NCBI GenBank assembly: GCA_963668645.2
Contig: CAXXWC010000021.1
Span: 1,184,001 to 1,248,000 of the forward strand
Reading direction: 5' to 3'
DNA: 64,000 nucleotides
Origin: Desulfobacterales bacterium
Lineage (GTDB): Bacteria > Desulfobacterota > Desulfobacteria > Desulfobacterales > UBA2174
This document shows, piece after piece, positions 12,531-24,863 of this stretch. Position 1 is the stretch's first letter; every line of letters begins with the position of its first letter. The notes beneath the pieces are model-generated. The model searched no databases. It saw nothing but the letters and a program-made list of their open reading frames with translations, and was not told the DNA's origin. A program made the translations under genes and the position numbers.

Positions 12531-13133
12531 CTACTCGGCCTTGGGTGCATCGGGCGTTTCGGCGTCGGCATCGCCGGCAGCCGGGGCCTGGGGATCCGGT
12601 TCCGCCGGGGTTTCGACCGCCTGCGTCTCTACGGCCGGCGCATCCTCGGCAGCCTCGACCTCGGGCACCGGTGCGGCCTCGGCTGCGGGCGCCGGGATCG
12701 CGGAGCTTTCGGGAGCAGGCTGCTTTTCAGGCGCCGGGACCGCCGCCTTCTTCTTGGGCTTCTTGCGCCGCTGGCCTTCGGGAACCACCAGTTCGATCAG
12801 CGACATGGGGGCGGCGTCGCCCGGCCGCGGGCCGATCTTGACGATCCGGGTGTACCCGCCTGAGGAGCCTCCGAAGCGCTCGGGGGCATCGGCAAAAAGC
12901 TTGTGGACCACAGCCTCTTCCTGCACGATGGACAGGGCCTGGCGCCTGGCGTGCAGGTCCCCGCGTTTGGCCAGGGTGATCAAATGATCGGCCCAGCCGC
13001 GCAGGACCTTGGCTTTGGCGTCGGTGGTCTGAATCCGTTCGTATTTCAACAGGCTGGTGACCATGTTGCGCAACATGGCCTTCCTGTGGCTGCTCGATTT
13101 ACCCAATTTGCTAGCGGATTTGCGGTGTCTCAT
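12531..13133 (-). CDS. rplQ: 50S ribosomal protein L17 with long Ala/Pro/Glu-rich tail
   Basis: [25 protein letters not shown]. Confidence 0.97.
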   Translation of the reverse strand: MRHRKSASKLGKSSSHRKAMLRNMVTSLLKYERIQTTDAKAKVLRGWADHLITLAKRGDLHARRQALSIVQEEAVVHKLFADAPERFGGSSGGYTRIVKIGPRPGDAAPMSLIELVVPEGQRRKKPKKKAAVPAPEKQPAPESSAIPAPAAEAAPVPEVEAAEDAPAVETQAVETPAEPDPQAPAAGDADAETPDAPKAE

Positions 13134-14161
13134 GGCTCCGATTCTTCTCCTTGCTCCGTATCGTCCTCCTCGGGAACATCGAATCCGTCCAGCTTCATCC
13201 CGAGGCTAAGGCCCATCTCGCTTAACACTTCCTTGATCTCGTTGAGCGACTTGCGGCCGAAGTTCTTGGTGCGCAGCATCTCGCCTTCGGTCTTGGTCAC
13301 GAGCTGCCAGATCTGGTGAATTTCGGCGTTCTTGAGGCAATTGGCGCTGCGAACGCTCAGCTCGAGTTCCTCCACACTGCGGTAGAGGTTCTCGTTAAAC
13401 GATGGTGTCTCCAGCTCCTGGGGCATCTGATCCGGCTCTGGCTCGGCCGATTCATCGAAATTGATGAAGATGCTCATCTGCTCTTTCATGATCTTGGCCG
13501 CAAACGCCACCGCGTCCTCGGGGGTGATACTCCCGTCGGTCCAGACTTCCAGGGTCAGCTTGTCGTAGTCCGTACGCTGGCCCACGCGGGCGTTGCCCAC
13601 CACGTAAACAACCCGTTTGACGGGCGAGAAGACCGCATCGATGGGGATCGTGCCGATGGCGTCTTCTTCGTGCTTATTGTTTTCGGCCAGATTGTACCCT
13701 TTGCCCACCTCGACGCGCATCTCCATGCGCAGTTTTCCGCCGCTCAATGTAGCGATGAGCTGATCCGGGTTGAGCACGCTGATACGCCCGTCCCGGCTGA
13801 CGATGTCGCCTGCAGTAACCGGCCCTTCGCCCTCTTTCTCAATGTAAATTTCACGTACCTGGGCATCGTTGGCCTTGAGCCGCACCTCTTTGAGATTGAG
13901 GATGATTTCCGACACATCCTCCATCACGCCGGGGATGACGCTGAACTCGTGCATGACATCATCGAACTTGACCGACACGATGGCAGCCCCGTACAGGGAT
14001 GACAGGATGATTCGCCTCAAGGCGTTGCCGATGGTGATGCCGAAGCCCCGCTCGAGCGGCTCGCACACAAACTTGCCGTAGGTAGGGGTGCTATCGACCT
14101 GAACCTTCTCTGGCATGATCATCTGCTGCCAGTTCATGTACATGATCTCATTGGATGCCAT
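13130..14161 (-). CDS. rpoA: RNA polymerase alpha subunit
   Basis: [36 protein letters not shown]; start ATG 14161. Confidence 0.98.
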   Translation of the reverse strand: MASNEIMYMNWQQMIMPEKVQVDSTPTYGKFVCEPLERGFGITIGNALRRIILSSLYGAAIVSVKFDDVMHEFSVIPGVMEDVSEIILNLKEVRLKANDAQVREIYIEKEGEGPVTAGDIVSRDGRISVLNPDQLIATLSGGKLRMEMRVEVGKGYNLAENNKHEEDAIGTIPIDAVFSPVKRVVYVVGNARVGQRTDYDKLTLEVWTDGSITPEDAVAFAAKIMKEQMSIFINFDESAEPEPDQMPQELETPSFNENLYRSVEELELSVRSANCLKNAEIHQIWQLVTKTEGEMLRTKNFGRKSLNEIKEVLSEMGLSLGMKLDGFDVPEEDDTEQGEESEP

Positions 14162-14227
14162 TTTGGATCTCCCGGAATTTCTTTTTGACCGCAGTGCCGC
14201 CTGCCCGGCCTCTTCCATCAAACAAGG

Positions 14228-14857
14228 CTACTTGGAGTAGAGTTCGACGACCAGCTGCTCCTGCATGGGCATCGTGAGGTCTTCACGCTCCGGCAGACTC
14301 TTGACGATCCCCTTCATCTGGTCCTTTTCCAACTCGAGCCACTGCGGCACACCGCGGCGTACCACGGCATCCAAGGCGTCGATGACGGACTGGATCTTGC
14401 GGCTGCCTTCGCGCAACTCGACCACATCACCAACCCGCACCAGATAAGAGGGAATATCGACCCGCTTTCCGTTGACGTTGAAGTGGCCATGGCGCACGAA
14501 ATGGCGTGCCTGATTTCGGCTGTTGGCAAAACCGAGGCGAAACGCGATGTTGTCCAAGCGGCATTCGAGCATCACCAGAAGATTGGTTCCGGTCACCCCT
14601 TTTTTATGCTCGGCACGCTCGAAAAAGAGGTGGAACTGCTTTTCCGTCAGCCCGTAGATCCGCTTGATTTTCTGTTTTTCGCGGAGCTGAACCCCGTAAT
14701 CGGAAATCTTACGCCCGCGCCGTTGCCCGTGTTCGCCTGGAGCGTAGCCGCGTCGATCAAAGGCGCACTTGTCCGAATAGCATCGGTCGCCTTTTAAAAA
14801 GAGCTTGATGTTTTCCCTTCGGCAGAGCCGGCAAACCGAACCTGTGTAACGTGCCAC
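14228..14857 (-). CDS. rpsD: 30S ribosomal protein S4
   Basis: GTG start after AAGGAGG; ARY.G..CRLCRRE, QLREKQK, VELYSK. Confidence 0.98.
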   Translation of the reverse strand: MARYTGSVCRLCRRENIKLFLKGDRCYSDKCAFDRRGYAPGEHGQRRGRKISDYGVQLREKQKIKRIYGLTEKQFHLFFERAEHKKGVTGTNLLVMLECRLDNIAFRLGFANSRNQARHFVRHGHFNVNGKRVDIPSYLVRVGDVVELREGSRKIQSVIDALDAVVRRGVPQWLELEKDQMKGIVKSLPEREDLTMPMQEQLVVELYSK

Positions 14858-14992
14858 AGTATCCTCCTTTAAAATCCTCATCTAAACGATGGCGGCGTCG
14901 CCCTTAGGCGGCGCCGTATCGGACGGTGCCGGAAGCTCTCCGGATATACCGGACATGATCGGCGCCGGCCGCCATCGCCGGGTCGGCCCCAC

Positions 14993-15379
14993 TTAGACGC
15001 GTCGCCGTTTAGGGGGACGGCAACCGTTGTGCGGCACCGGGGTAACGTCCTTGATCGCGGTGATGGTAAACCCGGCGGCCTGCAAGGCCCGCAGGGCGGA
15101 TTCACGTCCCGAGCCCGGCCCTTTGACGTAGACCTCGACACTGCGCATCCCATGGTCGGCAGCCTTCTTGGCCGCGTCCTCGGCCGCCAGTTGAGCGGCA
15201 AAGGGGGTGCTCTTGCGCGAGCCTTTGAAGCCCTGAACGCCGGAACTGGACCATGATACGGCGTTGCCGGCCGGATCGGTGATGGTCACGATGGTGTTGT
15301 TGAAGGTCGACTGGATATGCACCACTCCGGTCGCAATATTCTTCTTTTCCTTCTTTTTGGTACGAACTCGCTTGGCCAT
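14993..15379 (-). CDS. rpsK: 30S ribosomal protein S11
   Basis: [28 protein letters not shown]. Confidence 0.98.
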   Translation of the reverse strand: MAKRVRTKKKEKKNIATGVVHIQSTFNNTIVTITDPAGNAVSWSSSGVQGFKGSRKSTPFAAQLAAEDAAKKAADHGMRSVEVYVKGPGSGRESALRALQAAGFTITAIKDVTPVPHNGCRPPKRRRV

Positions 15380-15404
15380 GAATCATCGCCCCTATTGTGT
15401 ACGG

Positions 15405-15788
15405 TTACTTCTTGCTCGCTCCGCCCTTCTTCTTGACGGCCGCCCGCTTGGGTCCTTTGCGTGTGCGCGCGTTGGTATGGGTGCGCTGGCCGTTGACAGG
15501 CAACCCCTTGCGGTGCCGCAGTCCCCGGTAGCAGCCCAGGTCCATCAAACGCTTGATGTTCATCGAAACCTGGCTGCGCAACTCGCCTTCGACCTTGTAG
15601 CTGCCGTCGATGACCTTGCGGATATCGTTGATCTCTTCCGCCGTCAGGTCATCGGTCCGGGTGTCCGGGTCGATGTTCAACTGGGCCAGGATGGTTTTTG
15701 AAGTGGTCCGACCGATCCCGTAAATATAGGTCAATCCGATCTCGACCCGCTTCCGCTTGGGTAAGTCTACGCCCGCGATTCTTGCCAA
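15405..15788 (-). CDS. rpsM: 30S ribosomal protein S13
   Basis: TTG start; [28 protein letters not shown]. Confidence 0.97.
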   Translation of the reverse strand: MARIAGVDLPKRKRVEIGLTYIYGIGRTTSKTILAQLNIDPDTRTDDLTAEEINDIRKVIDGSYKVEGELRSQVSMNIKRLMDLGCYRGLRHRKGLPVNGQRTHTNARTRKGPKRAAVKKKGGASKK

Positions 15789-15799
15789 CGCTCTGCCTC

Positions 15800-15913
15800 C
15801 TATCCTTGCCGCTGCTTGTGGCGTTTGTTCTCGCAGATGACCCTGACGACGCCCTTCCGGCGTACGATCTTGCACTTGCTGCAGATTTTCTTGACCGAAG
15901 CCCTTACCTTCAT
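15800..15913 (-). CDS. rpmJ: 50S ribosomal protein L36 (too short for the ORF track)
   Basis: Manual translation [37 protein letters not shown]. Confidence 0.97.
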   Translation of the reverse strand: MKVRASVKKICSKCKIVRRKGVVRVICENKRHKQRQG

Positions 15914-15963
15914 GAGTCTATCACTCCTTCTGGGGCCGCCGGAGGTCTCCGGCACCGCCACGC

Positions 15964-16182
15964 CTATTTGGACCGGTAAGTAATCCGTCCCCGGGTCAGG
16001 TCGTAGGGGGACAATTCCACCGTCACCTTGTCGCCAGGCAGGATTTTGATAAAGTGCATGCGCATTTTACCGGAGATATGAGCCAGTACCTGGTGCTTGT
16101 TTTCCAGCTCCACACGGAACATGGCGTTGGGCAGGGTTTCAAGCACCCTTCCTTCGACCCGTATCGGCTCTTCTTTAGCCAT
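15964..16182 (-). CDS. infA: Translation initiation factor IF-1
   Basis: [32 protein letters not shown]. Confidence 0.98.
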   Translation of the reverse strand: MAKEEPIRVEGRVLETLPNAMFRVELENKHQVLAHISGKMRMHFIKILPGDKVTVELSPYDLTRGRITYRSK

Positions 16183-16236
16183 AAATCTCTCCCCTGTCAC
16201 GGCAAAGTGCGCTGGCCGCCAGCTCACTGCACGCGT

Positions 16237-17553
16237 CTAGTAGCGGCCTTTGACCCGTGCCGCCCCCTTTTTCAAAAAGCCTTCGTAATGCCGGCTGAGC
16301 ATGTGGGATTCCATCTGGGCAATCGTGTCGATGGCCACCCCCACCACGATCAGCAAAGCCGTGCCGCCGAAGTAAAAGGGGACATTGAATTGGCTGATTA
16401 AAATCGACGGCAATACGCAGACCGTCGAGACGTAAAACGCGCCCCCCAGGGTAATCCGCGTCAGCACCCGGTCGATGTAATCGGCCGTCCGCTTACCGGG
16501 GCGGATCCCCGGGATATAGCCTCCCTGTTTCTTCATGTTTTCCGCCACGTCCACCGGATTGAAAGTCACGGCGGTGTAAAAGAAACAGAAAAAGAAGATG
16601 AAGGCCACGTAAAGCAGTTCGTAACCCCACTGCCCGGGGCGGAATGCACCGGCGATGGTCTGGATCCAAGGCACGTTGATAAAATTGGCCACCGTAGCCG
16701 GAAACATGATAATCGAGGAGGCGAAAATCGGCGGAATCACCCCCGAGGTATTGATCTTCAACGGCAGATGGGTGCTTTGTCCACCGTACATGCGCCGGCC
16801 GACCACCCGCTTGGCGTACTGGACCGGAATACGGCGCTGGGCCGTTTCGACAAAGATGATCACCCCGATCACCCCCACCATGAGCACCACCAGCAGCAGC
16901 ACCAGGAAGATGGCGATCTCGCCGGTGGACAGCAGCCGGAAGGTGTTGGCCATCGCCGTTGGCAACCGGCAGACGATTCCGGCAAAGATGATCAGCGAAA
17001 TCCCGTTGCCGATCCCCCGTTCGGTGATCTGCTCTCCGAGCCACATGATAAATGCGGTCCCGGCAGTGAGTGTCACCACGGTCATCAATCGGAATCCCCA
17101 GCCGGCACTGATCACCACCGGAGCGCCCCCGGGGGCACTCATGCTTTCCAGTCCCACCCCGATGGCGAACCCCTGAATAATGCTCAGCACGATGGTACCG
17201 TAGCGGGTGTACTGGGTGATCTTCTTGCGCCCCTGCTCGCCTTCCTTGCTGAGCCGTTCCAGATGCGGCACGGTCACCGTCAGAAGCTGAAGGATGATCG
17301 AGGCGCTGATATAGGGCATGATCCCGAGCGCAAACACCGACATCTGTTCAAAGGCCCCGCCGGAAAACATGTCGAAAAGTCCCAGCAGCGTACCGCGGGC
17401 CCGGTCGAAGAATGAGGCCAGAGCCACCGCGTCGACTCCCGGTACGGGAATATGCACGCCGATGCGATAAACGATCAACAGGGCCAGGGTGAATAAAATG
17501 CGCCGCTTGAGTTCCGGAATCTTGAAGATGTTGCCGAAACCGCTTCCAATCAT
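16237..17553 (-). CDS. secY: Preprotein translocase SecY
   Basis: [36 protein letters not shown]. Confidence 0.98.
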   Translation of the reverse strand: MIGSGFGNIFKIPELKRRILFTLALLIVYRIGVHIPVPGVDAVALASFFDRARGTLLGLFDMFSGGAFEQMSVFALGIMPYISASIILQLLTVTVPHLERLSKEGEQGRKKITQYTRYGTIVLSIIQGFAIGVGLESMSAPGGAPVVISAGWGFRLMTVVTLTAGTAFIMWLGEQITERGIGNGISLIIFAGIVCRLPTAMANTFRLLSTGEIAIFLVLLLVVLMVGVIGVIIFVETAQRRIPVQYAKRVVGRRMYGGQSTHLPLKINTSGVIPPIFASSIIMFPATVANFINVPWIQTIAGAFRPGQWGYELLYVAFIFFFCFFYTAVTFNPVDVAENMKKQGGYIPGIRPGKRTADYIDRVLTRITLGGAFYVSTVCVLPSILISQFNVPFYFGGTALLIVVGVAIDTIAQMESHMLSRHYEGFLKKGAARVKGRY

Positions 17554-17996
17554 TTTGTCACGACCTCAATCGTGCCACCGGCGGCCTCAATCTTGGCCCG
17601 CGCGTTCTGGCTGAATTGATGCAGTCGAACCGTCAGGGGCCGATCGATATCCCCGTTGCCCAGCAACTTGATCCCGTCCCAACGCCCCTTGACCATCCCG
17701 GTGCGCACCAGTTCGGCGGCATCCACCACCTGGTTGGATTCGAAGCGGACCAGGTCGCCCACGTTGATCACGGCGTATTCGACGCTGAACAGGTTCTTGA
17801 ACCCGCGCTTGGGCAAGCGCCGCTGGAGCGGCATCTGCCCGCCTTCGTAACCCGGCGGGGTGTTGCCGCCCGAGCGGGCCTTGTGGCCCTTGTGGCCGCG
17901 GCCGGCGGTCTTGCCGAGGCCGCTGCCGGGCCCTCGCCCGACCCTTTTCCGGTCCTGACGGGCCCCGGGGGCCGGTTTCAGATCACTGAGCTTCAT
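17550..17996 (-). CDS. rplO: 50S ribosomal protein L15
   Basis: [29 protein letters not shown]. Confidence 0.98.
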   Translation of the reverse strand: MKLSDLKPAPGARQDRKRVGRGPGSGLGKTAGRGHKGHKARSGGNTPPGYEGGQMPLQRRLPKRGFKNLFSVEYAVINVGDLVRFESNQVVDAAELVRTGMVKGRWDGIKLLGNGDIDRPLTVRLHQFSQNARAKIEAAGGTIEVVTK

Positions 17997-18180
17997 ATCC
18001 CGTCTCCTCGACCTTGACCAGATGCACGACGGCTTGAATCATGCCGCGTACCGCCGGTGTATCTTCCAGCGAAACCGTCTTGTTGAGCTTGGTCAATCCC
18101 ATTCCCCGCAGCACCCGGCGGTGTTTTTCCGGCCGGCCGATCATGCTGCGCACCAGTGTGACCTTGACTTGACTTCCCAT
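17983..18180 (-). CDS. rpmD: 50S ribosomal protein L30
   Basis: [18 protein letters not shown]. Confidence 0.96.
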   Translation of the reverse strand: MGSQVKVTLVRSMIGRPEKHRRVLRGMGLTKLNKTVSLEDTPAVRGMIQAVVHLVKVEETGYEAQ

Positions 18181-18206
18181 GGCGATCCGTCCCTCGTTGC
18201 CTCAGA

Positions 18207-18704
18207 TTATAACGCTTCGGGTTTAAGGCCTCGACGGGCCGCCACCTGATCCCGGCTTTCGAGCATGCTCAACCCCGCCAAGGTGGCCTTGACCACGTTG
18301 TGCGGATTATGCGTGCCCATACATTTGGTAAGCACGTTCTGCACGCCTGCGGCTTCGAGCACGGCGCGTACCGCGCCGCCGGCAATCAATCCGGTACCGG
18401 CCGAGGCCGGTTTGAGCAGAACCCGGCCCGCGCCGAATTTGCCCTGGATCTCAAAAGGGATGGTGCCTTCCACCAGGGGGACCTGGATCATGCTCTTCTT
18501 GGCTTTCTCAACCCCTTTGCGGATCGCTTCGGGCACTTCACCGGCCTTGCCCAGGCCGAAGCCCACCGATCCGTTGCCGTCGCCGACGACCACGATGGCG
18601 CTGAAGGAAAAACGCCGCCCGCCTTTGACCACTTTGGCCACGCGATTGATATGCACGACCTTGTCAATGAGTTGAAGTTCACCTGGATCTTGTTGCTTTA
18701 ACAA
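18207..18704 (-). CDS. rpsE: 30S ribosomal protein S5
   Basis: [19 protein letters not shown] start. Confidence 0.98.
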   Translation of the reverse strand: MLKQQDPGELQLIDKVVHINRVAKVVKGGRRFSFSAIVVVGDGNGSVGFGLGKAGEVPEAIRKGVEKAKKSMIQVPLVEGTIPFEIQGKFGAGRVLLKPASAGTGLIAGGAVRAVLEAAGVQNVLTKCMGTHNPHNVVKATLAGLSMLESRDQVAARRGLKPEAL

Positions 18705-18734
18705 GGGAATGCCTCCTTAAATGCCGCGATACGC

Positions 18735-19094
18735 CTAGAAATCCAGCCCGGCCTTGCGCGCGCCTTCGGATACGGCTTTGATCCGTCCGTGGTAAAGAAA
18801 CCCGCTGCGATCGAAAACGACTTTGCGAATCCCCTGGGCCATGGCCCGCTCGGCAACAAGCTGGCCGATATGCGTTGCCAAGGCAACTTTGCTTTCGAAG
18901 GGGGGCAGACCGCGCACCGTCGCTTCAAGGCTCGAAGCGGCCGCCAGGGTCCGTCCGCAGGTGTCGTCGATCACCTGGGCATAGATGTGCCGGGCACTGC
19001 GAAAGACGCTCAAACGCGGCCTTTCAGAGGTCCCGTCGACCTTTTTGCGAATTCTTTGTTTGCGTTTGATACGCGCCGCTTTTTTATCGTCCAT
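18735..19094 (-). CDS. rplR: 50S ribosomal protein L18
   Basis: RPRLSVFRS, VVFDR.G..YHGR. Confidence 0.97.
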   Translation of the reverse strand: MDDKKAARIKRKQRIRKKVDGTSERPRLSVFRSARHIYAQVIDDTCGRTLAAASSLEATVRGLPPFESKVALATHIGQLVAERAMAQGIRKVVFDRSGFLYHGRIKAVSEGARKAGLDF

Positions 19095-19121
19095 CGTGAT
19101 CCTCGTCAGGAGTAAAGACGC

Positions 19122-19658
19122 TTATTTCGTTCCGGTCTTGCCAGCCTTGCGCTGGATGTATTCCTCGGCATACTTGATTCCCTTGCCCTTGTAGGGTTCC
19201 GGCGGTCGCAGACGGCGAATCGAGGCTGCGGTCTGGCCGAGGGCTTCCTTATCGATCCCCTGGAGCTTCAGGATGTTCCTGTCGACCTGGGCACTGATCC
19301 CTTCGGGCAGGTCGAAAACCACCGGATGAGAGAAACCGAGGTTGAATTCAATGCTCGCACCCTTTACGTTGGCGCGGTACCCGATGCCGTTGATCTCCAA
19401 AGCGCGCTCAAAGCCCTCGGAGACCCCGGTCACCATGTTGGCCACAAGACTGCGAGTCAATCCCTGCAAAGCCCGCTGGCGCTTTTCAGCGCCCTGAATG
19501 ACGACCTGGATCAGTCCGGATTCAATCTTCAGATCTACCCCCGAGTGAATCTGCCGGCTCAAGGTCCCTTTGGGCCCCTTGACGGTAAACACCTGGTCGG
19601 CCCAGTCGATCTGGGCCTTGGGCGGAATCGGTATCGGTTTCTTTCCTACACGCGACAT
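19122..19658 (-). CDS. rplF: 50S ribosomal protein L6
   Basis: [16 protein letters not shown]. Confidence 0.98.
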   Translation of the reverse strand: MSRVGKKPIPIPPKAQIDWADQVFTVKGPKGTLSRQIHSGVDLKIESGLIQVVIQGAEKRQRALQGLTRSLVANMVTGVSEGFERALEINGIGYRANVKGASIEFNLGFSHPVVFDLPEGISAQVDRNILKLQGIDKEALGQTAASIRRLRPPEPYKGKGIKYAEEYIQRKAGKTGTK

Positions 19659-19722
19659 GCGTATCTCCTTCGCACTGTAAACGGGTTCCTGCCACCCGAC
19701 CGCTTGGCGCCGAGCGCTTGAA

Positions 19723-20121
19723 CTACCAGATCCGGCAGAGCAGCTCGCCGCCGATTTTTTCCTGGCGGGCGCGCTTATCGGCCATCACCCCCCTGGAGGT
19801 GGAGAGGATGGCGATCCCCATGCCGTTGAGCACCGGGCGCACGTCGTCTGCCTTGAGGTAAACCCGCCGGCGTGGCCGGCTGACCCGCTCCAGGCCAAGA
19901 ATGGCACTCTGCTGGCTGCTGCCGTACTTGAGGTAGAGGCGCAGGATCCCCTGCTTGTCGTCCTTGATGAATTTATAGTTCCGGATAAAGCCCTGGTCGC
20001 GCAGTACCTTGGCCACCTCGGTCTTGAGTGAAGACCCCGGGATGTCCACGCTGCTGAATTTGGCTTTTGCTGCGTTTCGAATCCGCGTCAGCATATCCGC
20101 GATCGGGTCACTGATCGTCAT
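19723..20121 (-). CDS. rpsH: 30S ribosomal protein S8
   Basis: [21 protein letters not shown]. Confidence 0.98.
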   Translation of the reverse strand: MTISDPIADMLTRIRNAAKAKFSSVDIPGSSLKTEVAKVLRDQGFIRNYKFIKDDKQGILRLYLKYGSSQQSAILGLERVSRPRRRVYLKADDVRPVLNGMGIAILSTSRGVMADKRARQEKIGGELLCRIW

Positions 20122-20191
20122 CGTCGTCTCCGTTTGACTTATCTTGGTCTTGATATCCCGGCACAGGAAGGACAGTCGCCACTGCCGCCCC

Positions 20192-20377
20192 TTACCAGCT
20201 TGATTTGGTTACCCCGGGCAGCAGGCCGTGCGAGGCCATGTTCCGGAAACAGATACGGCAGATGCCGAATTTGCGCATAAAGGCCCGCGGCCGGCCGCAG
20301 ATCGGGCAGCGGTTGTACTGCCGGGACTTGAACTTGGCCGGCTTTTTAGCCTTCAACATCAAAGCGAGTTTTGCCAA
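20192..20377 (-). CDS. rpsZ: 30S ribosomal protein S14, type Z (Zn-binding)
   Basis: 61 aa, RCPICGR...CRICFR; TTG start. Confidence 0.96.
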   Translation of the reverse strand: MAKLALMLKAKKPAKFKSRQYNRCPICGRPRAFMRKFGICRICFRNMASHGLLPGVTKSSW

Positions 20378-20437
20378 AGCTTCCTCCTGTCGCTCCCGGG
20401 CCCGGTCCGCACATGACCCGGGGCCGGCGCCGGGCTA

Positions 20438-20977
20438 CTAGTTGCGAAAAGGCATTCCGAGCAGACGCAGCAGCTCCTTGCCCTCGGCATCGCTGCGGGC
20501 CGTGGTGACGATGGTCACGTTGAGCCCTTTGATCTTCTCTACCTTGTCATAATCGATTTCCGGGAAAATGATATGCTCCCGGATTCCCAGGGTGTAATTA
20601 CCCCGGCCATCCATGGCTTTGCCCGATATGCCGCGAAAGTCGCGCACGCGCGGCAGGGCGGCGTTCACCAGCTTGTTGAGAAAATCGTACATCCGCTCGC
20701 GCCGCAGCGTCACCATGGCACCGATGGGCATCCCCTCGCGCAGCTTGAAGGCCGCGATGGAACGCTTGGCCCGGGTGATGACCGGCCGTTGGCCGCAAAT
20801 GGTTGCCAGTTCCTCCACCGCGGTGTCGAGCAACTTGATATTCTGAATCGCCTCGCCCAGGCCGATGTTCACCACGACCTTGTCCAGTTTCGGGATCTGC
20901 ATCCGGTTGCGATAGCCGAAGGCCTCGACCAGCTTTGGGCAAATTTCTTTTTCGTAAAGTTCCTTCATGCTTCCCAT
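20438..20977 (-). CDS. rplE: 50S ribosomal protein L5
   Basis: [26 protein letters not shown]; start ATG 20977. Confidence 0.98.
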   Translation of the reverse strand: MGSMKELYEKEICPKLVEAFGYRNRMQIPKLDKVVVNIGLGEAIQNIKLLDTAVEELATICGQRPVITRAKRSIAAFKLREGMPIGAMVTLRRERMYDFLNKLVNAALPRVRDFRGISGKAMDGRGNYTLGIREHIIFPEIDYDKVEKIKGLNVTIVTTARSDAEGKELLRLLGMPFRN

Positions 20978-20996
20978 AACTACCTCCGGCCGTGGC

Positions 20997-21326
20997 TCAA
21001 GCATCGATCAGCTCGTTGCACTTGGAGCAGATGCGCTTTTTCTTGCCGTCTTCCAGCACACTGACCTTCACGCGCACCGGCGCCATGCACTTGCTGCACA
21101 TCAACATCAGGTTCGACCAGTGCAGGGGTGCCTCGGTTTCGACGATTCCCCCCTGCCTGTTCTGGGCGCTTGGACGCGTGTGGCGTTTGATGATGTTGAT
21201 GTTTTCGACCAGCACGCGCTCCTTTTTATGGTTGACCTTGAGCACCCGGCCGATCTTGCCAGCATCCTTGCCTGCAATGACCTTGACCTTGTCGTCTTTT
21301 TTCAGCTTGCACTTTTCACGATACAT
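20997..21326 (-). CDS. rplX: 50S ribosomal protein L24
   Basis: [19 protein letters not shown]. Confidence 0.97.
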   Translation of the reverse strand: MYREKCKLKKDDKVKVIAGKDAGKIGRVLKVNHKKERVLVENINIIKRHTRPSAQNRQGGIVETEAPLHWSNLMLMCSKCMAPVRVKVSVLEDGKKKRICSKCNELIDA

Positions 21327-21357
21327 ATGGAGCTTCTCCCGCTGGCCGGGTGGCGAT

Positions 21358-21726
21358 TTAAAGCACCTCGGGCGCCAGGCTGATGATCTTCATGAAGCGC
21401 TTGGCGCGCAATTCGCGGGCCACCGGTCCAAAGATACGCGTGCCGATCGGTTCGCGCTGATTGTTGATCAGCACAGCCGAGTTCTCGTCAAAACGGATGT
21501 AGGATCCGTCGGGCCGCCGTATTTCCTTCTTCGTGCGCACCACCACGGCCTTCATCACGTCACCCTTTTTGACCTTGGCGTTGGGGATAGCCTCCTTGAC
21601 GCTCACCACGATGATATCCCCGATACTGGCATAACGCCGCCTGGATCCACCCAGCACCTTGACGCAGTGGAGAACTTTGGCTCCGCTGTTGTCGGCGACG
21701 GTCAGTTTGGTCTCTGTCTGGATCAT
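21358..21726 (-). CDS. rplN: 50S ribosomal protein L14
   Basis: [27 protein letters not shown]. Confidence 0.98.
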   Translation of the reverse strand: MIQTETKLTVADNSGAKVLHCVKVLGGSRRRYASIGDIIVVSVKEAIPNAKVKKGDVMKAVVVRTKKEIRRPDGSYIRFDENSAVLINNQREPIGTRIFGPVARELRAKRFMKIISLAPEVL

Positions 21727-21748
21727 CTTTCCGCACTCCTTGTCCTGC

Positions 21749-22006
21749 TCAGACTGCTTTTTGCAGGATCTTGCTGACGCGCCATTTCTTGGTTTTGCTG
21801 AGGGGCCGGGATTCTATGACCAGCACCTGGTCGCCGGCGCGGCACGCATTCTGTTCATCGTGGGCCGCGAAAGTCGACTGACGCCGCACATACTTGTGAT
21901 ACATGCGGTGTTTGACAAGACGCGCGACCTTCACCGTCACGGTCTTGTCCATCTTGTCGCTGACGACCGTTCCGATCAGTTGTTTTCTTGTTCCTCGCGT
22001 TTTCAT
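21749..22006 (-). CDS. rpsQ: 30S ribosomal protein S17
   Basis: [18 protein letters not shown]. Confidence 0.97.
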   Translation of the reverse strand: MKTRGTRKQLIGTVVSDKMDKTVTVKVARLVKHRMYHKYVRRQSTFAAHDEQNACRAGDQVLVIESRPLSKTKKWRVSKILQKAV

Positions 22007-22020
22007 AATCCCGTATCGTC

Positions 22021-22224
22021 TCAGTTGGCGGTTGTTTCGAGCTCGCGCTGGCGCAGGACGGTCAACACCCGAGCCACATCGCGCTTGGTCTGCTTGATCT
22101 TCTGCGGACTTTCCAATTGGCCGATCGCGTGCTGAAAGCGCAAGTTGAACAGCTCCTCTTTGAGCGCCTCGACTTTGCGCATCAGCTCATCCGAACCTTG
22201 TTCTTGGATCTGGCTGACTTTCAT
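22021..22224 (-). CDS. rpmC: 50S ribosomal protein L29
   Basis: [11 protein letters not shown]. Confidence 0.96.
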   Translation of the reverse strand: MKVSQIQEQGSDELMRKVEALKEELFNLRFQHAIGQLESPQKIKQTKRDVARVLTVLRQRELETTAN

Positions 22225-22637
22225 CAGTTGGCCCCCCTCTCGACAAAGCGGGTCTTGAGCGGCAGCTTGTATGCCGCCAGGCGCAGGGCTTCGGCGGCCA
22301 GCTCACGCGAGACACCTTCCATCTCATAGAGGATCCGCCCGGGCCGGATAACCGCCACCCAGGCCTCCGGGGCCCCCTTGCCTTTGCCCATGCGGACCTC
22401 GGCAGGCTTCTTGGTGATCGGCTTGTCTGGGAAAATACGGATCCACATCTTTCCGCCGCGCTTGACGTGCCGGGTCATGGCGATACGTGCGGCCTCTATC
22501 TGCTTGGCCGTAATGTAACCGCACTCCAGGGCCTGAAGCCCGAACTGGCCGAAGCTCAGGCGTCCACCGCGCTGAGCCGTACCGCGCATCTTGCCTTTTT
22601 GAACCTTGCGGAATTTGACTTTCTTCGGACTGAGCAT
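22224..22637 (-). CDS. rplP: 50S ribosomal protein L16
   Basis: IEAARIA, RMGKGKG. Confidence 0.98.
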   Translation of the reverse strand: MLSPKKVKFRKVQKGKMRGTAQRGGRLSFGQFGLQALECGYITAKQIEAARIAMTRHVKRGGKMWIRIFPDKPITKKPAEVRMGKGKGAPEAWVAVIRPGRILYEMEGVSRELAAEALRLAAYKLPLKTRFVERGAN

Positions 22638-22649
22638 CTTGCCGACTCC

Positions 22650-23306
22650 TTACTGCGCGCCCTCGCCCACAGCATCTTGCTTGAGAATCTCACCTTTGAA
22701 GATGAAGACCTTGACCCCCACTGCGCCGTAGGTCGTGCGAGCCTCGGTAAATCCGTAATCGATGTCTGCGCGCAGCGTATGCAGCGGCACACGCCCCTCG
22801 CGATACTGTTCGCGGCGCGCCATTTCAGCCCCACCGAGCCGGCCGCTACAAATCACCTTGACACCTTCTGCGCCGAAGCGCATCGCCGACTGAATCCCGC
22901 GCTTCATTGCGCGCCGGAAAGCCACCCGCCGCTCTATTTGGGAAGCGATGTTCTCAGCCACCAATTGGGCGTCCACCTCGGGCTTGCGCACCTCCTGGAT
23001 ATCGATGAGCACCTCGTGGTTGACCATCTTTTCCAGCTCTTTTTTCAGCGCGCCGATCTCGCTGCCCTTCTTGCCGATGACGATACCCGGCCGGGCCGTG
23101 TACAGCCGCAGGCGGACACGACTGGCAGAGCGCTCGATCTCGATGCGCGAAATTCCGGCGTGGTTCAGCTTGCGCTTGAGAAAAGCGCGCAGCTTGTGGT
23201 CCTCGAAAATATAGTCGGCGTATTTGCGCCGATCGGCATACCAACGGGACTCCCACGTTTTGATGATCCCCAGTCTCAGCCCGACGGGATTAACTTTCTG
23301 GCCCAA
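22650..23306 (-). CDS. rpsC: 30S ribosomal protein S3
   Basis: [31 protein letters not shown] start. Confidence 0.98.
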   Translation of the reverse strand: MGQKVNPVGLRLGIIKTWESRWYADRRKYADYIFEDHKLRAFLKRKLNHAGISRIEIERSASRVRLRLYTARPGIVIGKKGSEIGALKKELEKMVNHEVLIDIQEVRKPEVDAQLVAENIASQIERRVAFRRAMKRGIQSAMRFGAEGVKVICSGRLGGAEMARREQYREGRVPLHTLRADIDYGFTEARTTYGAVGVKVFIFKGEILKQDAVGEGAQ

Positions 23307-23321
23307 GCTGTCCTCCCCTTG

Positions 23322-23660
23322 TTAAGCCTTTTTTTCGGCAAGTGTGACGGTAATGTGCGACGTTCGCTTGAGGATGCGCGTGCCGCGCCCGCGCGCCCGT
23401 GCCCGAAAACGCTTGAGGGTCGGCCCGCAATCGGCACAAACATTGCTGATGACCAGCCGGTCCACGTCCAGGCTGTACGCCTGGTCGGCGTTGGCCATGG
23501 CGCTGCGCAGTGTCTTTTCAATAAGCTTGGCCGCCTTGTTGGGCATGAACCGGAGCCGATCGAGCCCCGCCTCAACCGGCTGGCCCTTGACGGCGTCGAT
23601 CACCATCCGGACCTTCTGCGGCGAAATACGCAGGTATCTGCTGACCGCCTTGACCTCCAT
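23322..23660 (-). CDS. rplV: 50S ribosomal protein L22
   Basis: [20 protein letters not shown]. Confidence 0.98.
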   Translation of the reverse strand: MEVKAVSRYLRISPQKVRMVIDAVKGQPVEAGLDRLRFMPNKAAKLIEKTLRSAMANADQAYSLDVDRLVISNVCADCGPTLKRFRARARGRGTRILKRTSHITVTLAEKKA

Positions 23661-23684
23661 AGCAGGTATCCTCTTTCTTCTTGG

Positions 23685-23966
23685 CTACTTCTTGAGTTTG
23701 GACTTCTTGTCCCCGGCGTGACCGTAAAAAGTGCGGGTTGGCGAAAACTCGCCGAGCTTGTGGCCTACCATGTCTTCAGTCACGAATACCGGAATAAACT
23801 TCTTGCCGTTGTGCACGGCCAGCGTCAGGCCGACCATTTCCGGCACGATCGTGGAACGCCGCGACCAGGTCTTGAGCACCCGGTTACTGCGACTCTGCTG
23901 GGCGACCAGCACCCGGTTGAGCAGCCTCGTTACGACGTATGGACCCTTCTTCAACGACCGTGGCAT
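23685..23966 (-). CDS. rpsS: 30S ribosomal protein S19
   Basis: [22 protein letters not shown]; start ATG 23966. Confidence 0.98.
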   Translation of the reverse strand: MPRSLKKGPYVVTRLLNRVLVAQQSRSNRVLKTWSRRSTIVPEMVGLTLAVHNGKKFIPVFVTEDMVGHKLGEFSPTRTFYGHAGDKKSKLKK

Positions 23967-24020
23967 ATCTTCTCCTGAGAATCGAACCGCACCGGCGGCA
24001 CCGAGCCGCACCTGGCGGAG

Positions 24021-24848
24021 TTATTTCTTGGTGCGTTCCTTAACGATCATCCCCCGGCTCTTGCCCTTGCTCCGGGTCTTGTACCCCTTGGCCGGCTGCC
24101 CCCATGGCGAGCAGGGATGACGGCCGCCCGAAGAGCGCCCCTCACCGCCGCCCATGGGATGATCCACCGGGTTCATCGCCACACCGCGCACCTTGGGCCG
24201 CCGCCCGAGCCAGCGCTTGCGTCCGGCCTTGCCCAGCGAGAGGTTGCCTTTTTCCACGTTGCCAACTTGGCCGATGGTGGCACGGCAATCTCCCAGCACC
24301 ATGCGCACCTCGCCCGAGGGCAGCTTTACCAGCGCGTAGCGGTCCTCTTTGGCCATCAGTTGGGCGAAGGTCCCGGCGCTGCGCACCATCTGCCCCCCCT
24401 TGCCCAGGCGCATCTCGATGTTATGAATGTGCGTGCCCAGAGGGATGGCGTTCAACGGCATCGTGTTGCCCGGCTTGATGTCCGCCCCGACCCCGGAAAC
24501 CACCGTATCTCCCACCTGAAGCTGGGCCGGGGCCAGGATGTAGCGCTTTTCGCCGTCCACATAATTGAGCAGGGCGATACGCGCGCTGCGGTTCGGATCG
24601 TATTCGATGCCGGCCACGCGGGCCGGAATTCCGGTCTTGTCGCGCTTGAAATCGATGACCCGGTAATGTCGCTTATGCCCACCGCCGCGATGGCGGGAGG
24701 TGATCCGGCCATGGTTGTTGCGCCCGGCACGCTTGGTCAGCCTGCGGCACAGCCCCTTGACGGGTCCCTCGGAATCCGACAGTTCGGTTTCGAGGTAGGT
24801 CTGAAATCGGCGTCCGGCCGAAGTTGGTTTGACTTTCTTGATCGCCAT
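24021..24848 (-). CDS. rplB: 50S ribosomal protein L2
   Basis: [24 protein letters not shown]. Confidence 0.98.
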   Translation of the reverse strand: MAIKKVKPTSAGRRFQTYLETELSDSEGPVKGLCRRLTKRAGRNNHGRITSRHRGGGHKRHYRVIDFKRDKTGIPARVAGIEYDPNRSARIALLNYVDGEKRYILAPAQLQVGDTVVSGVGADIKPGNTMPLNAIPLGTHIHNIEMRLGKGGQMVRSAGTFAQLMAKEDRYALVKLPSGEVRMVLGDCRATIGQVGNVEKGNLSLGKAGRKRWLGRRPKVRGVAMNPVDHPMGGGEGRSSGGRHPCSPWGQPAKGYKTRSKGKSRGMIVKERTKK

Positions 24849-24863
24849 GCGTCTTCCCCTGCT

